Notes under the pieces: model-generated | Database searches by the model: none | Told to the model about the DNA's origin: nothing | The model's input: only the letters and a program-made list of their open reading frames with translations | Source: Harriotta raleighana | Taxonomy: Eukaryota | Assembly: GCA_050575255.1 (NCBI GenBank) | Contig: JBNZDD010013635.1 | Location: 1,008,910 to 1,072,909, forward strand | DNA: 64,000 bases | Direction of reading: 5' to 3' | Program-made: the position numbers and the translations under genes | Shown: positions 13,401 through 23,970 of the stretch, in pieces | Layout: each line of letters opens with the position of its first letter | Numbering within the stretch: the first letter of the stretch is position 1

Positions 13401-15812
13401 CGTAACTGAATATTCATTAAAAGCCAGTAATGGATACTAACACCCAACTAATATTGAATCATTGTTCTTTGCTAATTTTTTGAAACCATAAGCCAATTAA
13501 ATACAGTTTCAAATATGCTTCCATTTGTGGAGTTGTGATTGAGATAGTTTTGAGACAGCACCATGTGATCTTAGTGTAATTGGTTTGCAATCTTTTAAAT
13601 CTGAAATAATGTTCGCCACAAATGCATCCTGTTTAGTTCCTTTCTTTGTTATACACACAGTTTCTAATTGTCCACTGACAAGAGACCATATTTAAGTCAT
13701 TAATGATGGGCCATTAGTTATAGTACAAAGAGTAGGGACAGGGCATTAATGTGTTTGTCTCCTGCTCCAAATGTCCCAGTAGATTATGATTTTACTGGTC
13801 CAAGATGTAAGTGTTAGATTTAGTTGCCGACATTTCTATTTGCCTGAACGTTTTCATGTCACCATGTGAAATCGATAGAATCAATCGTAATGTGTTGTTA
13901 GTTGGTTTCTCCTCTTTCTGGCATTGAGCGATGACTGATAGTGATGCTGCGGATTAAATTGCACCAATTAGTCTTTCTGCCCTTGGACAGCCAGGCACCT
14001 TCTGCCATCATTTGTTACTGTATCAGGTGTCAGGATGAGGACACCACCTAACCTCTTCAATAATTCGGAACAGAAGTGCAATTACTGCGCTGCATTGATC
14101 TGTTGGTGACACGAGACCTCTCCAAGCTGATGCATGGAGCAAAGTTATGAAGGGTCTGATTAAAGTTTAATCTCAGTGATCCCCAGTGTCAAAGCAGCCC
14201 TCGTACTTTCCTTGCAACCATGTGCTTTATTAACTCAAAACTTAGATTCACCACTTTGGCGTTATTTTGCTGATAGCTTCGACTGCGTGAAAGATAAAAG
14301 TAAAAAAGAATGAATCCGTAGTCAACGCTGGTGGGATCAAGCAAGTCTCTCTAATAGCATTGCACCGCTCTAAAAGGCATGACATTAAGTGAATCTACCT
14401 CAAAGTTCATTGATTGGAAAGGTCAGAGTTCTCCTGTTTCTTCCATCGTGATGATCCATGCATCCTTGTTGAAGAGCAAAGGTGATGGAATCAATTCTGT
14501 AAAATGCTGCTATGACTTTCTATACCATTTTTCCATTTACTACTTTATGGAACAATCATGGTAGTAAAATTGGTTCCAAATGAGTGTATGTGTCTCCTCG
14601 TGTACTTACCTAGTGCACTGGCCTCCTTCTGTGCTCCAGGATTCTATGATTCTATTGAACTATAGGAATGCCTAGACAGGAGGTATTGAATGCCAAGCCT
14701 CAAGTATCTTTACAAGAGCAAATTAGCACTCATTTATCTCATTCGCTTTTAAAACACTTTATGATTCTTTGTTCCACAAGACCGTCACTGAAGATTAGGG
14801 GAATCTACACAACATTCACCTCTGATAGTCTCATTCAGATTTATTTTCCATAGCACAAAATAAAAGTCTTTTCAATGGCTAAATTATTGATTTCTGAGAT
14901 CTTGGTGGCTTGTATCTGATATCCTAGAGGTTATCAGCAATTTCAAATGGGCAATAACCAGGGCATTAGACAAATTATGTCTATTGGAGTTAGATTTTCT
15001 AGGTTCCTTTGGGTTTGTAATTTTTACTTATTAATTTTACCCAGGTTACAAGAACTCAGTCCTATGTATCTCCCAGTGTTTGATCAGATTTTTTATCTGG
15101 GAATTGATCTACATGACAATACCACATTCGCCAATAGTAAGAATTATGTTTTGATAAAAGATTAAATGTTCCACTTCTTGGTTACATCCCTTTCTCCCCA
15201 CTTCATGGTTCTGAATGTTTGCTTGAATGATTTGTTAACTGTTCAGGCTTTGCATTGGAGTGTGGATGATCCAGAACTGCCAGAATTTGATAAATGCTAT
15301 TTGTTTTGTAGGAGTCTTGAAATTGTCACTAGAAATATTTGTTCAGGTTCTAGTCGGACAAGTATGACTATTGGGGTGTCATAGCATCGAACAGTCTAAA
15401 CATATCATGAATGATGGGAATGTATTCTATTGTACTTTTACTGTCTGAACCCACAGCCTTTGCTTAGTTGGCTCTGTGTTTGGCTTTTGAATGTACATTT
15501 AACAATAATGTTTGATGGTTCAGCTATCTGTAGCTGTGAATTTGGCTGTTATCAATGAACAGCAAATTATATTTCTTGTAAATGCAAGCGAGGTATCTGC
15601 CAATTGAAGAATTGCAGAGTGAAACATGGTACTTTTACCCAATACACAATAAAATATTGTCCACTTTAAATCAGGGCTCCATGAATTTCACTGAACCCAG
15701 GATTAAATGGGAATTCTGAAAATGATCTTGAATCTGTAAATCTTCTGTTGCAATCTGAGGAATGTTGGCATTTTTGATTTTGATATCCGGACACAATCTT
15801 GTTATGACTTGT

Positions 15813-16205
15813 TGATGTCAGTCTGGCTCAGTTGATTAACTCTTGCCTTTAAGTCGGAAGGTTGAGGGTTCAAGCCTGGCTCTAGACAGACATTCCAATG
15901 GATAACTGGGGGAGCACTGCATTCCCAGAGGTACCATCCTTCAAAACAGATGCTAAAGTGAAATTCCATCTGTCCGTTCAGGTAGATGTTAAAGACTACT
16001 TTCCACTATTCCTTTGTTCTAGCCAATAATCCCACAGAATTTGTTTTTAAAATAATCATGATTATTTGGGGGAAGATTACTGCACAGAAATTCGCTGCTG
16101 CTTTTGCCTACAAAAACACTAACTTTTATATTAAGAGCTACAGTGAAGCACTTTGAGATGTTTCAACATCATAAAGCAATATATGAAATGTAAGGATTAT
16201 TTATT
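15813..16205 (+). mobile_element. Near full-length old DeuSINE-like element
   Basis: tRNA head (TGGCTCAGTTG...GGTTCAAGCC), Deu domain (GGGAGCACTGCA...GAGGTACCATCCTTC...TCTGTCCGTTCAGGTAGATGTTAAAGA) and tail GTGAAGCACTTTGAGA...AAATGTAAGGATTATT. Confidence 0.7.
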
Positions 16206-17333
16206 TATGTATCAATTATTCTTGATGCAAGTTTTTTTAAGACCTCATAATAATTAAAGTTCTTACTTTAAAACAATGGGCAACATTGGATTTATAATTA
16301 TGATGTTCGTATCTGAAATAGAGTTAACAAATAACCTCCAAACGCACGGTTGTGATGAGTTTCTGGGAAGGAAGGTAGCCTAAGGGGAGAGCTTTCTTTC
16401 ACTTTGAAAAGATAAAAAATGGCTGCAGTAAGCACTTTGGTTGGGGTTTGAAATTGGAGATCAGTCCTGATAAATAAAAATCACATTAGTTGATCTTGAT
16501 ATTTTAAGCCAGGTTTGGTTTCCTTCTCTTGTATAAAAATGCAAAGATCAGCAAAGTGCATTTTGTTTTCAAGCTGTGAGAGAGTTAACAGTTCAAACTT
16601 CAAAATGCAACACAATCCCTTCCCCTCAACTCCAGAGATAGAAAAATTATTGTGGATTGTGCAGAATTTGCTAATCTTCCTCTACCCCATTTTGATACCT
16701 TCCAATACCCTTCTCAGTATTGAATGACAATGCCACTGAAATAAATCTTATTCACATCTCAGTTAACCACAATGTGTCTCAATGACACCTCACTGATGTC
16801 AAAAGGTTGACTTTGTCAGATCATAGAACTCTGCACAATTGCTTATTCTGTATTTGTAAGCCATATAAAAATGTGCCATAAGGAGAGTGTTCTTTGACTG
16901 CTCCTTTTATAACAATATCATGGATTTTTAATGGTGATTGTAGTATAATTATCAGAGTTTTGGTAAATATTTGAAATTTTGTAATCAATATGCTTAGTTC
17001 CCATTGCGTACACGAAAGCCATTGAAATAATCAGAAGCAACTTCACTGAAGGTACAGTACTTGCCATTTATTCCTATCGGTTATAGCATGCTATTCACTT
17101 ACAATAAAAGCTGAAAGCTCACTTTAAAATCTAAAACCATGTGTAGGGAGCAATGGAGAAGTTTTCACCTGATTGCTTATTTTCCAGTTTCTTGATGGTA
17201 CAACATATATTTTATCTCTTTCTTTTCTGTCTGTCTGTCTGTCTTCTTCATATAAATATACAAATAAAATGATAATGCGCTTCAAGATGGATCTCAAAAA
17301 CCGATTGGTGTAGAGGCACGATTTTATACCTCA

Positions 17334-17481
17334 TTAGGGAATGAGATTGGCATGTGTTTTCCAGGTATCTTCTATTGCTTATGAGTTATTTCAGATTTGC
17401 ANCAAAGGTGTTGTTAGGGAATGAGATTGGCATGTGTTTTCCAGGTATCTTCTATTGCTTATGAGTTATTTCAGATTTGCA
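17334..17481. repeat. 68-bp exact direct duplication around a single N (probable assembly join)
   Basis: 17334-17401 is identical to 17414-17481; N at 17402. Confidence 0.85.
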
Positions 17482-18066
17482 TTTTTTGCTACAGTAACAC
17501 CTGGTGGCTGCTGAGTCAAAGCAGTGCAGTGGCATTGTGTGTCACAGACTATCTACATATGTACCATGCCTACAGTTACACATGGCATCTACATTCCATA
17601 TTGGTCTTTGAAATACTTTTGGAGAGATGGCAGGTAGATTGAGCAATGGTTTACCACCAATGGTATTACCAATGTCGTGTATAACTTGTGTTGTGAGACA
17701 GGCTATACAGTTAACCCTCGTCGATCGCGGGGGTTACGTTCTTGGAAAACTGCACAATCAATGAAATTGCATTGGAGAAGCTCAAGAAGTAATGGGAAAA
17801 TGGGGGGTTAGGGGAATCCAGTCACAGGTTTCCCAGCTCAAGCCTCCAAGCACATCCGATGCAAGGTACCTACTGAGGCGGGCTATAGCTGCTGACCCGC
17901 ACCTCGCTCCGCCCACATCTCCCCGCTCTTGTTGCTCCCCCCCTCCCTTCCTGCTCTCGTCTCTCCTACCACCCGAGAAGTGGGCAAATCGGGGCAGTCC
18001 GGGAGGAAGGCAGAGAGAAATCGGAGAAAGTGGCGGACGGCTGGGGGGAGGGAGGGAGGGAACAGA

Positions 18067-18256
18067 GAGCCGCTTGGAGGCGGGAGGACTCGGGGAGGTG
18101 AGGGGCAGAGAGCCGATCGGGGGCAGGGGAGACTCGGGGAGTTGGGGGGCAAAGAGCCGCTCGGAGGAGGGGGGGGGACTTGGGAAGGTGGGGGGCAGCG
18201 AGCCGCTCGGAGGCGTGGGGGGACTCGGGGATGTGGGGGGCAGCGAGCCGCTCAGG
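18067..18256. repeat. About 43-46-bp G-rich minisatellite inside the MITE
   Basis: 4-5 units of about GAGCCGCTCGGAGGCG(G)nACTCGGGGAxGTGGGGGGCAGC. Confidence 0.85.
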
Positions 18257-18763
18257 GACGCACGGGGCAGAGTGCTGCAGGCGGTCGGGATGGGAGACAC
18301 AGAAAGCTTTCAGTGGCTTTGTTATTGCTTTATTGCTATAATAAAATGATAACAAAGCAGTAAAGCAATAAAAAAAAGCAATAAAACAACAGGGTAGATT
18401 AGGCTACATTAGGTTCGATCCTGTCTCTCTCTCTGACCCTTCTGTTTACCATGCAATGGAATACGGAAGCGTTACTGTATTTACCCAGGAATGCATTGCA
18501 CGTGGGACCAGCCAACCAAGGAATCATCGGCTTTAGTTGGGTTCTGCCGGCCTCGTCAAAAATGCGCATGCACGCGGCACCAGCCAACCGAAGAATCATC
18601 GGATTTAGTCGGGAATTATCGGCGTCTGCACCCGTGCGCATGCACATGGGGACCAGCCAGTGCGTATACACAAGTTTTACGAGCGCTGCACAAAAAAGTG
18701 ATGCTTTTGTTTCGTCGCGTATACTTGAATTTGCAATTGAGAAAGTCGCCTTCGACGAGGGTT

Positions 18764-18928
18764 TATTTATTTATTTATTTTATTTATATATTATATTTAT
18801 ATAACGCCTTTCACGTCAGGAGGACGTCCCAAGGCGCTGTACAGTCAAGTGGGGGGAGGGGTTGGGGGAAGAAAAGCAGGAAAAACTGACTATACTTGTG
18901 GGCGAAACGCGGCAGCCAAATTGCGCAC
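18764..18928 (-). mobile_element. 5'-truncated SINE (Deu-like core plus L2-type tail) inserted in the MITE right TIR
   Basis: Flanked by a 6-bp TSD AGGGTT (18758-18763 and 18929-18934); (AAAT)n tail; TTGGGACGTCCTCCTGACGTGAAAGGCG on the minus strand. Confidence 0.9.
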
Positions 18929-20434
18929 AGGGTTAACTGTATAGGCACAGAACATCACTCTACTCTACTCAGCTGACTAGCGCTTGCTCCACTGATTAAT
19001 GTGATAGGTCAATCCATTAGTTTAATATCTAGCTAGTTCACATATGCAGTGAGTTTTAAAAATAATCTGAGAAATTTGGTGTTTATTCACTTATAAGCAA
19101 ATTAGTACTCAGGATCAAAAAGGCAACTATGAAAGAAAGCTATAGCATCTCTCATATCATCTGAATGTATCCAGTATCCAGTAAATTGATTGGTTTGTGA
19201 AATGTTACATTACAAAAATAATCTATGAGAACAGTCAAACCTTGAATAATCTTTAGATTAGTCAAAGCATGACATCTTTATGTAGAACTAGTATTTACAA
19301 TGTCTTGTTTTCATTGAACATGCCACTTAAAGGAACATTCTAATCAGAAGACATGATATACTATACATGGAAAGAAAAATCAATGGAAGAATATTCTCAT
19401 TATTACAATGTAAAGAATTATTTCTAAATTTCAAAGCGGGATAGCAATCAAGAGTGCTTTTTTGCTTTTCTCCGTTCTTTGAAATCTAAGAGTTTGGATA
19501 TCCCTAGGTTGGTACAGTAATTGGTGTCGTTCGGCAGCATACTATTTTGCGAATCTAGCTGAATGAAATCATATCCTACTAGCATATCCTACTCATATCC
19601 TACTTGACCTTCAGGCTGAAAATTGTGAGCTTTCCTCACCTTTGTACTCCATTTGGGACAGCTGTGTGTGTGTGCAGAAGTGATAAATAGGTTTTTTACA
19701 ATCAACAGCTAGAGATGGCCTGATTCACAAGGATTAGATGCCCAGTAGCTACCTTCCTCGTGAGCAAATGAATTGGATTTTTGAATTCCTTTTGTCGTAT
19801 TAAAGCACACATCAGCTATTTTGCTCCCTTTTGTCTTAAATGTGCACCATATGTTGCAGTAAATGTGCTTTATTAGAATTACAATGATTTGTAATTGGAA
19901 TGATTTGAAAGGTTGTAGCTGATTAGCTTTTTAACATTATGATTCTATGAAAGCCTCGCTTACCTGTCTCCTTTGTTAAAGCCATTAAATCTATTTCACT
20001 ATTCATCCTTGAAACATTCTCTGCAAATCCCCCAAGTGATTACAGTCATTAAAGAGTAGCATTGTTGCATTTTACTAAATGCATTTCCAAAATCCAAGGT
20101 TCTTACCAAGACTGAGATTATAGTACAGGAATATAGGAGAGATATTTTGTAAAACACCTTCAGACGTCACATTGCTTAAAATGTCAAGGGAGCACAATAT
20201 GCTATAGCATCTTTTTAGCGGTCTATGTAACAATAGGGTTTGTTTCATTATAACAGTTTTAATGATTATTAATTATTGATATGAATTATATAAGTGGCAT
20301 ATTACACTAGCAAGAAAAGCCAGTGTCAAGTGCCGGTAAGTTTTTATTAAAAGATAAAAAGCTAACACTGACCACCCAATAAAGTTGCCAGCACCATTTC
20401 TTCAGTGGAGTATAAATAGATTTCCATTGTCTGT

Positions 20435-20506
20435 TTTCAGCGCTTTGGGATGTCCTCCCGACGTGAAAGGTGCTATACAGTGTCATTTTGTTGTTCTTGT
20501 TGTTGT
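20435..20506 (+). mobile_element. Short L2-tail retroposon fragment
   Basis: TTCAGCGCTTTGGGATGTCCTCCCGACGTGAAAGGTGCTATACA...TTTTGTTGTT, the same tail as the L2 at 3635-3702. Confidence 0.8.
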
Positions 20507-21197
20507 CATTCACATTGCAGCAATACCAACCGTGATCCTCTTCAATTTTCATGGATATCTTTTTCTGTATTCACATTTAAAGGGTGTGGTGTGTTTATAC
20601 AATACTCAGTAAAGAAAGAAGATGAAAACAGAATATTCAACCAGGAAGAAAACACAAAGAGAAACAAAACTACATACAGTAGAAAGATCAATGAAAGCAG
20701 TACTGTAGTACAGTACTGTACATTACAGGTGGTGATGCATGGCCACGATAAGTTGAATTGTCTTCTACCTTGCTGTACATTTAAATGGTTCTGTGGCTGC
20801 AATATCTGAACTATGCAAGACCGCTGAAATTAATATAATGTGCAATAACTGTTTACAACAACAACAGCTGGCATTTTTATAGTGTCCTTCATGCAGGGTA
20901 GTGTCCTGCAATGTTTGTTTATCTGCCAACCAGCCTGAAATTCCACTTGGTTTGGGGTAAGACCATTTTGTGGCTTAGAATTTGAGATCATACAGAATTG
21001 TGGCCAAGTCTTAAAAGTTCAGTCTTAATTTGGAAGATATTGATTTTAAGCAACTGTGGAAAACTGTCTTCGAACCAGAAACAGATTTTAAGAATATTAT
21101 TGGTGACATTAGCTCATAGAAACACAGGCCTTTGATTGAATCAAGCCACAGACCCATCAAGTCTTTCATTCTACTTTCTTGCCATTTCTTTTCTCCA

Positions 21198-21527
21198 TAT
21201 CCCTGTAGCTCAGTGGTAAGAGCACTCACCTTACAAGCATGACACCTGTGTTTTAAATCCAGGCAGGTCAGGACAAAACCTTGAACAAGTTTCCTTACTC
21301 CTTACTCCACATGCCTAATAATAATCCGACCCCCAAAAAAACACAATAGTAAAAATTGGTCATTTCAATCAACTGTTTGTGGGACACTATTGTGCACAAT
21401 TGGCTACCGCGTTTCACCCACAAATAAACAGTCAATTCACTTTACAGTATATTCTATGAAGCGCTTTGAGATGTCGATAAGATGTGAAAAGCACTATATC
21501 AAATGCAAGGATTATTACTATTATTAT
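21198..21527 (+). mobile_element. Full-length tRNA-derived SINE (main family)
   Basis: CCTGTAGCTCAGTGGTAAGAGCACTCACCTTACAAG head, Deu-like core and ATCAAATGCAAGGATTATT tail. Confidence 0.9.
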
Positions 21528-22751
21528 ATTTCACAATTCTGAACTATGTTACCTGCAGTTTGGTTCTAAGGGGAAGTGTTTGCTGATTACTTACAAGTAG
21601 AAACAGAATATATACCACACTGACCCAATGCATCACCTGGTGTCCTGAGTAAGTCCTTTGCGCTATCTAGTGGAGTGTATTATGTGCCTAATATCTATGT
21701 TTGAAGTCCCTTGTAATTTGGTTTGCAACTACAGTTTTTTAAAAATGCTACACTCAGACACATTACTAGAAAGCTTCCTTGTTATCCATCAGTATCTACA
21801 TTGTCATTTTAGATTCAAACATTAAGACAAACTGTAGGCAAGCATTAGTTGATTATTAAATGGTAAAAGTGCTCAAACTGTGTGGCATTGCTTACAATTT
21901 CCTTGTCCTATAAATATAGCCGCAATTATACTAAAATGCTTTACATTTTTCATTCTCTGATGTGAATTTCTCTTGCAGGAATCTGTGACATTGAAAATCA
22001 CGAATACAACATTTGAACATTTAGTGAAACAATGGAATAAAAAACTAGCTTTACATTTTAAAACCAAACACAGATGCTGCAATTGCTTATTGCTGTATCG
22101 AGCACAGAATTACCAATTCCTTTTACTTTTTATCAAGCCACATCAGAATTGGTCTGATCACATTATGCTCAATCTTCAACGCACATCCATATAGCAAACT
22201 ACAAAAAGCAGGTCAGCCATTGCTGACGTAGTGTTTAATAGTCTATGAGAGCTGGCTGGCAATTGGGCAAAAAGCAAGCAAGGCTTGCCTGGGCACAACG
22301 GTTTCTCCCTGAGGGCATGAATGTAGAATAAATTTCTATTGCACAACATGAGCCGTCACCAATCGCTGAACTCACTCAACTCATAGAGACCGTACCGAGA
22401 TCAGCTGCGCACATTCATTCAGAAAATACAGTGTTAAGGATTCGTGGTTCTAGCCAGAAAATATATATTTTTAAATTACTCACCCTGTCACACAAGTGGG
22501 AATGTTCACCTCTAAATTGAACCAATTCAAATCTGAGTCAAGCGGAAGTGATTTCTACCAAGGAAATTTGTGTTTGGAGGTTGAAATGAACTACAACAGG
22601 GTCAACAAAGTAGTTCCTAACAACACTCCTTATAGTACAGGCTTACACAAAATACACGTCACTTGGTATCAAGAAGGGCAGTATAGAGAGTATCAAGATC
22701 AGTTGCATCTCTATGTTGGAAATTTTTTGCTCATGGGTTATAATCGTTGCT

Positions 22752-23052
22752 TAATAATAATAATCCTTGCATTTGATATAGTGCTTTTCACATCTTATCG
22801 ATGTCCCAAAGCGCTTCACAGAATATACTGTAAAGTGAATTGACTGTATATTTGTGGGTAGAATGCGGCAGCCAATTGCACACAAACAGTCGTGGATTGA
22901 AATGACCAATTTTATTATTGTGGTATTTTTGGAGGGATTATTATTAGGCATATGGAGAAAAGAAACTTGCCCAAGGTTTCGCCCTGATCTGCCGGGATTC
23001 GAACACAGGTCTCATGCTTGTAAGGCGAATCCTCTAACCACTAAACCACAGC
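22752..23052 (-). mobile_element. Near full-length tRNA-derived SINE (main family)
   Basis: (AAT)n tail at left; B box GTTCGAATCC and a degraded A box at right on the minus strand. Confidence 0.9.
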
Positions 23053-23424
23053 TTTCAGCCTTCTAAGTTTTCTTGCTTATTTTGAACAGAGTGGGACTTA
23101 TTTCATTTGACAGATAGGTAGAGAAGGGTTGAAAATTTTGTTTACACACCACTAGAATTTTGGTACTCATTTCAGACCAAAAAATTGTGTCAGTTCACAA
23201 AACTCCAGCCAACCTATCTTGTGGCGCTTTAAATTAACATTGCTGGTTCTTTGATTTTAATGTCACCCAATTAGGAACTTCAATTTGAAAACAAAGTCTC
23301 CTGACAGCTTTAGGGTGGAGTTCATCACAATAAAAGTAATGTTTCTGGCATAAAATTTGTCAGCAGCATCACTTAAAATTCTTATCTAACTCATTTTTGG
23401 GGGGTCTGTTTAATGCTGAAATAT

Positions 23425-23970
23425 AATACTGTAATCCTTGCATTCAATATAATGCCTTATCACATTGTTGAGACTTCTCAAAGCACTTCACAGAATAACT
23501 CTAACCTTGTATATTTGAATTGACTGTATATTTCACCAACCAAATATAGTCAATTCACTTTACAGTATATTCTGTGAAGGGTTTTGAGAAGTCTCAAAAA
23601 TGTATATAAAATTATATAGTGCGTATAAAATTCACTATATAAAATGCAAGAATTCTTATATACCGTTAAGAAAATTGACTGTGTATTTTATGGTGTGATG
23701 GGGCAGCGAATTGGGCACAGCGGTATGCCACAAGTAATTGTGGATCCACAGATGTAATAATCTGTCCCCCAAAAAATCCACAATTATAAAAATTGGTCAT
23801 TTCCATCCACGATTGTTTCTGGGACACTGCTGTGCGCAATTAGCTGCCGCATTTCATTCACAAATGTACAGTCAAATTCACTTTACAGTATAATTCTGTG
23901 AAGTGCTTTGAGATGTCGATATTCAAATGCAAGGATTATTATTATCCACAGAGTTAAAGGTGACCATTTG
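23425..23970. mobile_element. Nested cluster of SINE fragments in alternating orientation
   Basis: Minus fragment about 23430-23533, plus about 23540-23660, minus about 23673-23743, and plus 23753-23943 flanked by TSD ATCCACAGA (23744-23752 and 23944-23952). Confidence 0.8.

Larger units (their letters stand above)
17708..18939 (+). mobile_element. Non-autonomous Tc1/mariner-superfamily (Tigger/pogo-like) DNA transposon, copy 1
   Basis: TA at 17706-17707 and 18940-18941. Left TIR CAGTTAACCCTCGTCGA; right TIR TCGACGAGGGTT/AACTG is split by a SINE. CpG-rich interior with a GC minisatellite and no transposase ORF. Strand is arbitrary. Confidence 0.9.

Noticed and set aside
610-17642. Numerous 60-128-aa ORFs in the long intron
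   Set aside because: Apart from the L2-derived frame near 3329, they show no recognisable domains, many overlap SINEs, and their lengths fit chance.
17782-18889. Several 90-185-aa Pro/Gly-rich ORFs on both strands, with similar ORFs at 36275-36987
   Set aside because: They are stop-poor frames across the GC-rich MITE and its minisatellite. There are no transposase HTH/DDE motifs, and the resemblance between the two loci is explained by the repeat.
20698-20718. Palindrome CAGTACTGTA-G-TACAGTACTG
   Set aside because: Short and built from TACAGTA/TACTGTA words that recur across the window; a 1-nt loop gives no functional support.
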